Assembly: GCF_009914755.1 (NCBI RefSeq)
Contig: NC_060931.1
Direction: 5' to 3' (one strand)
From: the human T2T-CHM13v2.0 reference genome, Homo sapiens
Length of the DNA: 64,000 nt
Shown here one piece after another: positions 13,800 through 26,489 of the stretch (positions within the stretch are counted from its first letter, which is position 1; the number at the start of each line of letters is the position of its first letter). A program made the translations under genes and the position numbers. The notes beneath the pieces are model-generated. The model had not been told where the DNA came from, ran no database searches, and was given only the letters and a program-made list of their open reading frames with translations.

Positions 13800-14995
13800 A
13801 AGTCCTGCATCACTTAATAACAGAGTGCATTCTGATAAATGTACCGTTAGGTGATTCCATCTTTGTGCAAACATCATAGAGTGCTAATATAAAAATATAG
13901 ATGGTGCAGCTTTGTACATACCTAGGCTATATGGTATATAGCCCATTGCTCCTCGGTTACAAACCTCTACAGCATGTTTTCCTATTGAATACTGTAGGTA
14001 ATTGTAACACAATGGTAAGTATTTGTATATCTAAATGTAGAAAAGGTGCAGTGAAAATACAGTATAAGAGATAAAAATGGTACACCTATATAGAGCACTT
14101 ACCATGAATGGAGCTTGCAGGACTAGAAGTTTCATTGGTGAGTCAATGAGTGAGTAATGAGTGAATATGAAGGCCTACTATACTACTGTAGACTTTATAA
14201 ATACTGTATAATTAGGCTACACTAAATTTATTTTAAAAACTTTTTCTTCAATAATAACCTTAGCTTACCATTAATTTTTTTACTTTATAAACTTTGTAAT
14301 TAGAAACACTTTTAGACTCTTTTATAATAACCCTGAAGTTAAGATGCAGACACATTGCCTAGATGTACAAAAAATATCTTTTTTCTTTATATCCTTATTC
14401 TATAAGCTATTTTTAATATTTCAATTTTTTTCTTTTTTACTTTTTAAATGTCTTTCTTAAAAACCAATACACAAACACACACAGTAGCCTTGGATTCATG
14501 GGGTCAGGATTATCAATATCTCTATCTTCCACCTCGATGTCTTGTCCCACTGAAAGGACTTCAGGAGCAATAACATGCTTGGAGCTGTCATCTCCTATTA
14601 TAACAAGGCCTTCTTCTAGAATACCTCCCGAAGAACCTGCCTAAGGCTGTTTTACAGTGATTTTTTTTTAACAAGTAAAAGGAGTAAAGGCATACACTAA
14701 CATAATGATAAAAATGGTATACATAAACCAGTAACATAGTCATTTATTATCATTATCAAGTATTATTGTTCTGTACATAATTGTCTATGCAACCCTTTTA
14801 TACAACTGCCAATGCAGTAGGTTTGTTTGCACCAGCATCACACAAACACAGGAGTAATGCATTGACCTACAATGTTATCATGACCATGACATTAGTAGGG
14901 GCTAGACATTTTTAAGCTCTATCATAATCTTATGTGACCATCGTCATATGTACAGTACATCATTGACCAAAATGTCATTATGCAGCATGTAACTG
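13800..14995. mobile_element. Tigger3b (Golem) non-autonomous TcMar transposon, near full length
   Basis: Left end agtcctgcatcacttaataacag...ctaggctatatggtatatagcccattgctcct; right end aatgtcattatgcagcatgtaactg followed by TA; ~1.2 kb. Confidence 0.88.
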
Positions 14996-15339
14996 TATAT
15001 TGTTTCTGTACCTGCTGAGCAGCAAGTAGAATGTTCACCTCATTTGCATCACAGATTCTTTTGAAATACAAGTTAAGCAGCCAGTCTCCTTCTCAGGAAA
15101 ATACAAAATCATAAAAGCATGCAAATAAAGGGTTTCTGGGACAGCTGGCACTTGCTCCAGAGTAGGAGTTAGTTTTAGAGTTTAATGGGATAGCTGGCCA
15201 TTTTCCCTCAGGCCTTTGGACCGTATGGCAATGATTATTCCTGGGCATTGTGATCACATGCAAAGGTTGTATAAGAGAAAGAATCTTTGCTATGGAGAGT
15301 TTGTTATTAGGCTTGCTACACTTCTGCAAAATATTTTAA

Positions 15340-15532
<193 letters not shown>

Positions 15533-16131
15533 TAATATTTCTAAGTGAAATAAAATTCTAGACAGCAGAATGATAAGCTTAGTGTATTAGAACATGATTT
15601 CAGAGTCATTCCAGATTACACAGAAAGAGATGGGCCAAACTGTCACTGCCCTCTGCTTTTATAATCAAAGGCTGGATGTATTATCTCTGTGGGGAGAAAG
15701 ACATGTTGGGCCTAGAGAAGCCTGGCCAGAGTATCAGAGATGGACTTAGAAGCCCAGCAGAGCCTGTTCTTCTTTGCTTTTTTTACTACTGGATTCTGCC
15801 TTCTTGACTCTGACTTGACCTGGTCAGGGGAAGGTGGGCAGACAGATTCAGAGGGGCATATGGGCACCATCTCTGGTGTGAGGGTATGCCTGGGTTTTGT
15901 AGGATGAACCTTAGAGATTCTTACAACATTAGTGTTAGAAGACATATTAAACATCTAGAGTAGTGATTTTCAAGGCTAGGGTGGGTTGCAGATCAGGATT
16001 GTGGTGAGGAGGGGAAAGGATGTGTTGTTTGGAAAAACATATGTAGGATGCCTGTTGTTTCCATAATACAAATTACAAAACACACACTCACCAAAGTTCC
16101 CTCTGCTGCAACGGGTATGACGGTGGTCGAG

Positions 16132-17231
16132 TGTTGCAGGAAGTCAGGGACCCCAAATGGAGGGACCGGCTGAAGCTGCGGCAGAAGAACATAAATTGTG
16201 AAGATTTCATGAACATTTATTAGTTCCCAAAATTAATACTTTTATAATTTCTTATGCCTGTTTTACTGCAATCTCTGAACATAAATTGTGAAGATTTCAT
16301 GGACATTTATTAGTTCCCAAAATTAATACTTTTATAATTTCCTATGCCTGTCTTTAATCTCTTAATCCTGTCATCTTCATAGGCTGAGGATGTATGTCAC
16401 CTCAGGACCCTGCGATGATTGCGTTAACTGTACAAATTGTAAAACATGAGTGTTTGAACAATATGAAATCAGTGCACCCTGAAAAAGAACAGAGTAACAG
16501 TGATTTTCAGGGAACAAGGAAAGATAACCATAAGGTCTGACTGCCTGCGGGGTCAGGCAGAATAGAGCCATATTTTTCTTCTTGCAGGGAGCCTATAAAT
16601 AGATGTGTGAGTAGGAGAAATATTGCTGAATTATTTTCCCAGCAAGGAATATTAATAATTAATACCCTGGGAAAGGAATGCATTCCCAGGGGTAGGTCTA
16701 TAGATAGCCGCTCTGGGAGTGTCTGTCTTATGCAGTTGAGATAAGGGATGAAATACACCCTGGTCTCCTGCAGTGCCCTCAGGCTTACTAGGATTGGGAA
16801 ATTCCAGCCTGGTAGATTCTAGTCAGACTGATTGTCTGCTCTTGAACCCTGTTTCCTGTTAAGATGTTTATCAAGACAATGCGTGCCCAGCGGAACATGG
16901 ACCCTCATCAGTAATTCTAATTTCGCCCTTGCCTTGTGGTCTTGCTCTGCCCTTTGCCTTGGGATCTTTTATTGCCCTTTGAAACATGTGATCTCTGTGA
17001 CCCACTCACTATTCATATACCCCCTCCCCTTTTGAAATCCCTAATAAAAACTTGCTGGTTTTGCAGCTAGGGGTCGCCATCACGGTCCTACCAATATGTG
17101 ATGGCACCCCCGGAGGCCCCGATGTAAAATTTCTCTCTTTGTATTCTTTCTCTTTATTTCTCAGACCGGCTGACACTTAGGGAAAATAGGAAAGAACCTA
17201 TGTTGAAATATTGGGGGTGGTTCCCCTGATA
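16132..17231 (+). mobile_element. MER11 solo LTR (HERVK11/HML-8)
   Basis: Starts tgttgcaggaagtcagggacccc and ends gggggtggttcccctgata; internal ~90-bp tandem repeat (about 16187-16350); AATAAA at 17043; 6-bp TSD gtcgag/gttgag (CpG decay). Confidence 0.93.
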
Positions 17232-19269
17232 GTTGAGCAAGAAAGTTTTGTAGAAAATTTGGGTGAAAGAAATGCAGAGATCTTGTTCCAGGCATTCATT
17301 TAAGAGGTGAGGAAATGAATCAAGTCTCAGTGGTTGATTGACCTGCCTAGGGATTCATAGTTAATAGTGTAGAATTGAGACTATGGCTTGGCCTCCAGGG
17401 TTCTAGCTGTGTGCCTTTTTGTACTCTGCTAATGCCCCTTGCCTCTGTTCAAGTAAGTCATTAGCCATAATGAACAGTTTTGCTGTTTCAGTGTGGTGAA
17501 ATCCACAGCAAGATAGCTTTCTAGTGACGAAGGTTGTATACAGGGAAGCCCATTTGCTCACTTCCTCCCACCCCATCTGTTCTTTTCCTTAGCATACAGG
17601 GCTTTAATGATCTCTACTTGCTGCAATGTGTCTCTCAAGATTTAAAAACAAATGGCAAATTTGTGCCTCAGGAGTCTTGTGAAAACAACATATTACATGT
17701 AAGAAACAAATAATTTTATTTTCTGGTTATTTTTCACACTTCTTCCAAATGGTATCATAGGATGCTATGCCTAGTTTCCCTTTCTCTAGTATAAACTATT
17801 GGTTTTAATGAAATATCATTTATTACAGATAGTAGGGTTTTATGCATTTTTTTCATTCAGAATCAAAGTGGAATGTGTTCCAAGTGCTTGTGTGCATAGT
17901 GAAGTTTTTTTTCCTTTTTGAAATTGTTTCTTGTATTATGTTGTTGCCTCATGCCTCCATCCTGTACTGACAGACGGGTTTGCTTGCTGGGATGTTTACT
18001 TCAATGCAGCCAACATATACTGCATGCCTACTGTGTAGACATCTAGAAGGATGTAAAAAGAATGAAGGATGTGAGTTAAGCTGACTATCATTTAAACTTT
18101 GGGATGATGGGATAAGAGACTGGAAATTACTTGCTTCAGATGACAGGCTACATCTATTTTCCTTCTAAGAGGACTGTCCTATTACCTTGTCACTGTCACC
18201 AGAAGCTGTCGGACTTTCAAGCTAAGATGTTCTCTACTCCTGTCTTTTCTAGCCTGGCAACTGCCTATCTTTGTTTCAAAGCCCTGTTTAATTTTAAAGG
18301 AGTGAAAAAGACTGCGGTGTGTGCAGTTTTCTGTGTTGGAGAGATTGGCAGAGTGATTTTCCAGAACCAAGGACTGAGTGGAGCTCAAGTCTTACTTGTT
18401 ATTTGATCCATAAAGTTTGGAAAGTTCATGATCCTTAAAAAGAACTATATAAGAAGGCTTTTAGTTTTCTTTAAAGCCATAGTGATTTGCCAAAAATATA
18501 TCCAAAAGAATAACCAGAACAGGACATTCTTCTCTAATTAACTATAAGTTCCCATTTGATGTATTAAGATTTAGGTAAGCAGGGAGAACAAGAGTTAAAA
18601 TAATTCTTTGTCTTTTAACTGTGATCTTTCCCATCCCTTCCTTTGCTAGGGTAGGACTGGTGGTTGGAGAATTGGATACATAAGGGAAGCTTGTGGCCTC
18701 AGTCCAAGATAGGACAATATGGTAGTTCTGGAAGAGATGTAGGAATTCTGAGTAATAGTCCAAGATACCTTTCTCTTTATCCTTTTTCCTGTTTTATTCA
18801 CTTCCACTTTGATGCATTCCCATTCCACAATCAGTATGTTTTACCTTTACAATAGAAGGTGATACAGACTGCTTACCATAGTTTCTCTTATACCAAAGGG
18901 CTACAGCTGTTCTCCATTGAGAGGTTTAGCCAATATTGCATTAGTAGAAATTCTGAGGGATTTTCTTTAACTTTTTCATTGACATTGTGTCTGTTTAAAG
19001 TGCAAGTGAATGAAGGAAAAATACAAGAGAGTACACACTCATATGCACATACAGGTACATATATGGTGGCATATGAATAGAAAAAGAAATGGGAGGGAAG
19101 GTATCAAACTGGTTTTCTATAGCTAGAATTTGATGGATTTTTGTGTTTTTTTGCTTTATACCTTTAGAAATTGTTAAACATTTTTTGAGGCAAATAAGTT
19201 TTACTTTCATAATCAGGGTAAAAAAAAGTTTTCCTATTTGAAAAATAAAAGTTACAGGGAACTTTTAGA

Positions 19270-19560
19270 ACATTGCAACTATTCTATGTCTTATTGTAAT
19301 GGTGGAAATAATTCATTTGTCCAAACCCATACAATATAGAAAACAAACAGTGAACATGAACTGTGGACCTCAGTGAATAAAAAAGTGATCAATTTTAGCT
19401 CATCAGCTGTAAAAAATATAGCCTCCTATGTTAATACTAGGGGAACCTGGGAAGTGGGAGAGGAGGGACTATATGGGAACCCTCTGAACTTTCTGCTTAC
19501 TTTTTTTTTGTAAACATAAAACTGCTCTAAAAATAAAGTCTATTATTTAAAAATAAAAGT
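19270..19560 (+). mobile_element. L1MC/L1MD 3' end
   Basis: atttgtccaaacccata...atatgggaaccctctgaactttctgct...aaaactgctctaaaaataaagtctatt. Confidence 0.75.
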
Positions 19561-19718
19561 AATATACAATATTGTTAAATTTGGGGTGGTAACTAAACAT
19601 GTTGCTTAATTGCCTCCTTTTTTGTTAGTTGCCCATAACAGAGCAGTTGCTTACGAAGCAGCACTTACCTACAGCAGCACTTCCTTATGAAGTTTCTGAT
19701 AATAATGATATTTTCATC

Positions 19719-19730
19719 ATATATATATAT

Positions 19731-19781
<51 letters not shown>
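19719..19781. repeat. (TA)n(CA)n microsatellite
   Basis: About 24 perfect CA units after a TA run. Confidence 0.97.
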
Positions 19782-19785
<4 letters not shown>

Positions 19786-19879
19786 TCAGCTTTCCCAGTG
19801 GAACAAAAGGAGCTGGGAAGATTCTAGTGACTGTGGTTACTTGAGGGTACTTCTTATATTCTTAGTAGTTCCAGACACT

Positions 19880-20060
19880 TGCTTATGGAAAAGAGGAAAC
19901 TAATTTTCATGGAGTGCCCACTCTGTGTTGGGCACTGCGGTAGGTGTTTCGCATGTCCTCATGCAGCCTTTAATACAGGTACCATCCTTACACTGAAGAT
20001 GAGGAAGCAGCTGAGCAAGATCACAAGCTAGCAGAGACAAAGCCTAGAATTCAAATCCTA
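19880..20060 (-). mobile_element. MIR
   Basis: gaagatgaggaagcagctgagcaagatcacaagctagcagag...gaattcaaatcc. Confidence 0.6.
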
Positions 20061-20079
20061 TGTATTTTTTTAAAAAATA

Positions 20080-20205
20080 ATCATAACACCTTGGAGTGCC
20101 CTTAGCAACAAGCATATAACAAAGCAACAGAGCAATAACAGCCCCTGCAAGTTTAGTTAGAAATATTTTGAAAAATGAGAAAAGTACTTTAATAGCTAAT
20201 TGTAT
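20080..20205 (+). repeat. Dispersed direct duplication, copy 1 (partner 22138-22263)
   Basis: Ungapped 126-nt alignment, 18 mismatches by hand count. Confidence 0.93.
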
Positions 20206-20224
20206 CTTTGGATTTATTATACTC

Positions 20225-20866
20225 AAAACGATGACACAGGTTAGTTTGTTATGTACTAGGCAAATTTAATACCTTATTTTATATATTTTCTTACAAGATG
20301 CTATTTTGATCCTATGAAGCCATCATTTGACATTTTGGCAGTAACATTAGGCATCTAATTTCACTTTCTTTGTTCCTGTCAAACGATCCCCACAAGTACA
20401 AAGTGCTGTGTCAGACTCATGTGAAAACTTTGAAGAGTTTGAAATAAGACAGCTTAAAGTGGGAAATATTCTCTTATTAGTGATTGGTGTGAAAGAAGGC
20501 AGTGAGAATGTGCACCAGAAAGTGATCTGGTACTGCAGCCTAGGAAAATAAAGGCAGAAAGGAAGGGTGTTAGGAACAAGTGGCACAGATTGGAGAAAGC
20601 AGAAGCTGCTAGAAAGACTTTTGAAACAAAAAGACGTCTTTCTCTCAGAAGAACCAGAGTGTGTCAGGCACAATCTGGAAGTAAAACCCACACATCTATG
20701 TGCGTCTGTGCGTGCATACACATACACATGAATGGCGAATGGCAGTTTGTTGCAAAATGTCAAATGATGGCTTCATAGGATTAAAAATAGCATCTTATAA
20801 GAAAATATATAAAATAAGGTACTAAATTTGCCTAGTACATAGCAAACTAAGCTGTGTCATAGTTTT
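20225..20866. repeat. Long inverted repeat: arms 20225-20337 and 20753-20866, 415-nt spacer
   Basis: Arm 2 reverse complement aligns to arm 1 with 6 mismatches and 1 gap in 114 columns. Confidence 0.95.
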
Positions 20867-22137
20867 TGCACCATTGCAAAAGTTGGTACCTGGAACCCTA
20901 ATTTGTAAAATTTATTAATCCTTCTGTTAGTGTCTGAGTTGAATGAGGGCCTGAATTTACAAGTGAAGAGATAAAACATTTCCTAAGTTGTTGTGTGGAT
21001 CTTTCATAGGAATGCCAAACAACCTATTGCTAATGTTGCTTTTATTGGAGAGGTTTGCACAGTGACAATATTTTTCCTGCTTGATTTTACTGAGACCAAA
21101 GCATCACTATTGTGCTTATAAGAAATGTTCTTCTGTTAATTATTTACCTTGCTTGATGTAGGTACATGAGATAAATTTTGATAATTCCTTAAATTTACAT
21201 TTTCTTCACTAAGAGTGGGAGCTAATGTTTGGCTTGAGGTCATATGAAGTTGATACAACCAAAATTTTGCACCCAATACTGCTAGTTCTCTTCTAGCTTT
21301 AATATTTTGGTTCACTAGTTCATTAGTCTCAGTCCCTTTTTCCTTAAAAAAATTCACAATTATAGTTTAATGTAACTCATATATACTTGTCACACAAGAA
21401 ATGCATATTTAAAAGTAGTGATTTATCTTGATTTTTAAAAAATTTTGCAGCTTTATTAGAAAATTAATGACTTGATTATTTTATTCATTAAAATTAATTG
21501 ATGATAATCTTAAGCACTGGGAATTAGCTGTGTCCATCTCAGTAGGTTAACCTTGTATATGTGAGATATATTAGTAAAGCTCTAGATTTTAAGGATTAAT
21601 GCTTGTTAGGAAAAACAATACATCTAATCATATTCCTCAATAAAAAGCATCCTGGAAAGCACTTGATCTAGTCTCCTTAGTGCTGGGGCTGTGGCAGGGA
21701 ATTCTTTGGCTTGAGACCCATGGCAAAGTTCCCTGGGGCAGAGACCTGGTTCTCTAGAAATGAAGACACATAATCTGTGCATAGCAGAGCCAGGAGCAGT
21801 GTCTTGGGAATTTTCTGAACTGGAAGTGAAAGTCCATCTGATGATTAGAGGGAGGAAAATGCTTGTAAAGGCATGCTGTAGGGAAGGTCAATAGCCTGGA
21901 AGAAATTCAGATGCTTTTTATGCTATTCCTGCCTCAGATAATGGAGTTTTTGACTATGATCTATATAATGTAATGTAATTTTTACTGATATATATCCCAT
22001 TGTCAAACTTCCATTTATATAGCATCTTTAAATTTTTACTAGGGAAAAGGTAAGCATTTTCACCCTATTTTCATAGAGCTGCCAAGTTATGACTTTGGTT
22101 TTGTAATTTAAAATGAAATGGATTAAAAAAATAAATT

Positions 22138-22263
22138 ATCATTACTCCTTGGAGTGTCCTTGGTAACAGGCATATAACAGAGAAACAGAGCAATAACATG
22201 CCTTGCAAGTTTAGCCAGAAAGATTTTGAAAAATTAGAAAAGCACTTTAATAGCTAGTTGCAT
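22138..22263 (+). repeat. Dispersed direct duplication, copy 2
   Basis: atcattactccttggagtgtcc...ctttaatagctagttgcat matches 20080-20205. Confidence 0.93.
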
Positions 22264-22839
22264 AGGCACATAATACTGGAGCCTGGAGGGAGGTGACCTG
22301 TGGAAGTACAGTTAGGATTGGGAATTAGGAGAGGTAAATTCTAATCTGCTTTTGATAAACCCTGACCTTCGTCAAGGAATTTAACTTCCCATCATCTCAG
22401 GTGGCTTTGATTGGGGGTGGGGTAAGGAGAAATACACTTTTTAGTCTACAAAATGTAGGGTTTGGCCTAATGATATATAAGCTCCCTTTCAACTAATACT
22501 GTGTTCGTCTGGAACAGATGGTAGAAAGAGCACTGGCCTTAGAGTCATGAGGTAGGACTTCTAAATTCCTGTGCTGGGCTGTTGGTCTCTTCTACTCTGA
22601 AATGAAATATGAAGCTAGATTATTGTCTCAGAATTTCTAGATAGAAAATTATCTGTTTTCTGGCTGTGTTCATGTGGTATTTGCATATATTTGCAAAAAG
22701 CTGGTAGGAATGATCAGGTTTCATTTCCAAGCTCCAGATCTGTTGTTCATGTGATCTTAACCCTCTCTGCAGTCAACAAATGAAGGATAAGAAAATCTCA
22801 GTTTTTAAATCGTATTGGAAAGTTCTTTCTTAAACTTCT

Positions 22840-23080
22840 CATATTAGAAAGTTTTTGGCTGCAAATCACAGATAGCCTTTACTCAGATGGTTTAAACAAA
22901 TATACAAACAAGAATGTATTGTCTCACACAGTAAGTCCGGAGGAAAGGTGAGGCTTCAGATGGTGAAGATAACCCTTCCCCATCTCTGTGGAGCTCTCTC
23001 CTTAGCTCTGGCTTCATTCTAAAATAGTGACCCTTAGGTTAGTCACAAGATGGCAGCTTGTGGCAAAATATCTAGCGAGA
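22840..23080 (-). mobile_element. MLT1-type LTR fragment
   Basis: tattagaaagtttttggctgcaaatcacaga...actcagatggtttaaacaaa. Confidence 0.5.
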
Positions 23081-23099
23081 GAGAGAGAAACTTTTTCTC

Positions 23100-23300
23100 C
23101 TTAGCACTTGCCACACTCTAACAAAATACTTATTTTACACGTTCCTTTTTTGTGATTGTCTCTCTCCACCAGATAAACATCAGGTGGGCAGGATTTTTAC
23201 TTATTTTTTTTCTTTTGTTTCAGTGTTGTGTCTCCAGTACCTAGCACAGTGCCTTGCACAGAGTAGTCACTCAGTAAACATTTATTGAATGAATGAATGA
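23100..23300 (+). mobile_element. L2 3' end
   Basis: cctagcacagtgccttgcacagagtagtcactcagtaaacatttattgaatgaatgaatga. Confidence 0.85.
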
Positions 23301-26194
23301 GTTCTCTTAACTCATTACATAAGCGAGTATTGCATTGCATATATTCCTGAGTCTTAAAACTATGCTTTCTATATTTTTGAAGGCATTTAATGATAGATAT
23401 TACACTATGTAAATCTGGTTAAACATTTTTGGACATCATTGTTTTTATTCCACTTGTTTTAAAAGTTTAATTTTACTTTTCATCTTCTAAAACTATTATA
23501 TAGAAATATTCTGGGGGAAATTTAAATCAGAAAATTGATTAAGTCCCTTATTTGAACTTATTTGAATTACTCTTGTTTTGGTTTTCTTTTTTTTTTTTTA
23601 AGATGAAGTGGTAGTTTAAAACTACAAAGAAAGAAAATATCCAAGTTTACATGTATGGCATATAGGCAGGTAGAAATTGTTTTTGCCAGCTCACTTTTCT
23701 GGTGTCACTTACGTTTGAATACATTCCTAGCAAACCTTCTCATAAGACTTGTAGTACATTGTATTATTCGTATCACAGGTAATAGGCACTACTCAATGCT
23801 AACCTTTTAATAGGCATGTACATTTTTATTTCAGGTAATCTAATATCTGTATGAGGTTTTCTGAAAAAATAAAATGAGAATTTTTTTGTCTCCTTGGTGA
23901 CACTATTATGTCACTAAGTTAGGGTGGCAGTTTCTAGCCATTAATAGCTGTTCTCTTAAGCTCTCCTAGAATAGTGCATTCAGTTAGTTTTATGTGAAAG
24001 GACACCATCTTTTCCAACAGTAATCTATTCTGTGTATTCCTGCTGGATGAACCTTACAGAGGCCCACCTTTTATTTAACTCTCCTGTCTTTTTTTATATA
24101 AAATAATAATTAAACTCCATAAAAACCTGAAGAATGAGGACCCAAACCTTTGTCTCCAACTTTGTCCCCATTACTTTACTTCAAACATTTTGGTTTTCAA
24201 CCAAAATAAACTACATATTTTCCCATCTGTGACTCTTCTTCTTCCCCCAAACTCAAGTTCCTTGAGCTTAGAATGCTGCATCTCATTATAACATATCCAT
24301 AGGTTCCTCCAGAGCAGCTCATGTGGGACCTGTACTATAAGGTTCCACACTTGGCTCCATTGGGAGTTCTCTCTCCTATTTCTCCATTGCTCTAATATTT
24401 CAGTTGTTCAGTTGTTACACTCTCATGCACTTACAAAGATCTGCTGTAATAAAGTTATTTATGGCTCTTCTCACCCACTTAAGAGGAGTAGTTTTGCTTT
24501 AAGATCCTTCTTTGAACTGCCAGTCTGTGCTGTTGCTGAACATGTTCTTGGCTAGCTTCAGGAAATGTTTGAATGGAGACAGACTCATTTTGTTAGAAGT
24601 AGCTGATCTGCACATTTCCATCACACTAAGCAGTACCCCAGATTCTAAAATGGGAAAAACATATCTATTTATTTATTGAGGTAGTAAGAACAAAAGGAAA
24701 AATGTAAAAACCTGTCAGTCACCCAGTGCCCCATGCCAGAGTAGGTTAGGACCAGGATCAGGGAAATGGGTAGGTGTGGCCAACCGTAGGTGTCATCAGT
24801 CACCACCTGGTTGTGGGCCCATCACTTCCCTCGGTTTTATGAGGTAATTCACTTGGAAAGGATGAAAATCACCTGAATAACCAAAGTGGCCCCCAGCATC
24901 CTAATGTTGGGGCTTGGCCTCTGTATAGGCTCCTGCCCTCCACATCACCCCACTCTCCTTCCTCCCTTCACCCTTATCAGGAACAGTTTGCTTTCTGGTT
25001 GGTCCAGTCCATTTCCCCAAAGCTCTCCTGTGTGGAGTAGAGGCAAGCAGGGCCTGATTGCTCATTATTCTCTTTCCTTTTAAGATCCCAGCAGAAGAGT
25101 TTTTGGGTGGCAAGAATACTTATTTATTTTGGTTCAACTGCTTTATCTTACTTAGGGAAGGAGGGTTTGTAATTGTATATATCAAAACATTTCTCTAGGC
25201 AGGTTATGCCAAGCAATCTGGAGGTGTTCTTGGATGCTTGTCTACTCCAGAGCTAACCTACGCATAGTATGAATTTTGCTTATATTCCAGAAGGAGTCAA
25301 ATGTTAAAAGTTTTTTGGCATTTGCTATATCTTTCCATATCTTCCGAGGTTAGATAATCACAAAGAGAAATAGGTGGTCAATACATATTAGCTGAATAAA
25401 TCAATAAATACTTTGTTAAATAAGTACCTGCCTTAGAAGAGAGTAGAAAGCAAAGGAATTAAAAAATATTTTAATTAATTTTTATTAGCTACATTTATAA
25501 TATAAAAGAATAGATTATCCAGATAAAAAATTAAACTAAATAATTAATATTAAATAAACAGTAAACCACCAATCTACCCATACTTTATCCCCTGAGCTCT
25601 GTTTTCTTCCACATGGGTAATTTCTTTTCATAGCTTGAGTACATCCATCACCTCTACTTTCTTTTTAAATGCATACAGTTCTCAACTTGATGTTTTTCCC
25701 CATAGACATGTTACAATATTGGTAGTTAGAGAACTATATTTTTAAATATCTACATGATTTTTATGTTATATAAATGTACCATATTTTATTTAACCAGAGT
25801 AAATTTTATTTAACACAATAAATGACAGTTTAGGTTATTTCTAATATTTTACTGTTTATGAAGAACATTGAAATGACCATTCTTATTAATGTGTCTTTGC
25901 TTATTTCTGCCCCTGTTTCTTAAAAGATAAATTCCCAGGAGAAATGCAGGTTCAAGGGCTACGAAAAATGTAATTTTTTTAGGTGTTTACTAGTCTTCCT
26001 TCCCACCACAATAACTCTGACCTCAAAGAGTGTCCAAGTGTATTTATTTGTTCACATCCTTGTCAGTGTTATCATTGGATTAATTTTATTCTGAGTTTCA
26101 TGCATTAATTAACGTTTATCTCTGCCTTCCTCCCATTCTGTTTGTTTTGTGTGTATGTTGGGGGTGGGGTCTGTCAAGGCATAAGCATGTTTTC

Positions 26195-26489
26195 TTTTTT
26201 TTTCTTTTGACAGAGAGTCTTAACCTGTCGCCCAGGCTGAAGTGCGGTGACATGATCTTGGCTCACTGCAACCTCTGCCTCCTGGGTTGAAGTGATCCTC
26301 CCACCTCAGCCTCCCAAATAGCTGGGACTGCAGGCTTGCATCATCATGCCTGGCTAAGTTTTTTAGTAGAGGTGAGGTTTCACCATGTTGGCCAGGCTTA
26401 CCTCAAGTGATTTGCCCGCCTTGGCCTCCCAAAGTGCTGGGATTACAGGTGTGAGCTACTTTGCCTGGCCTGAGCCACAGTGCCCAGCC
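26195..26489 (-). mobile_element. Alu (J/S) with internal deletions and a doubled 5' terminus
   Basis: Dimeric Alu; ends tgagctactttgcctggcc tgagccacagtgcccagcc. Confidence 0.9.

Noticed and set aside
16187-16350. ~90-bp tandem repeat that superficially resembles an array
   Set aside because: A known internal feature of MER11 LTRs; no spacers, so not CRISPR-like.
20347-20763. 138-aa minus-strand ORF filling the inverted-repeat spacer
   Set aside because: No transposase or other motifs and low-complexity F/S/L/C composition, so it does not support an autonomous transposon.
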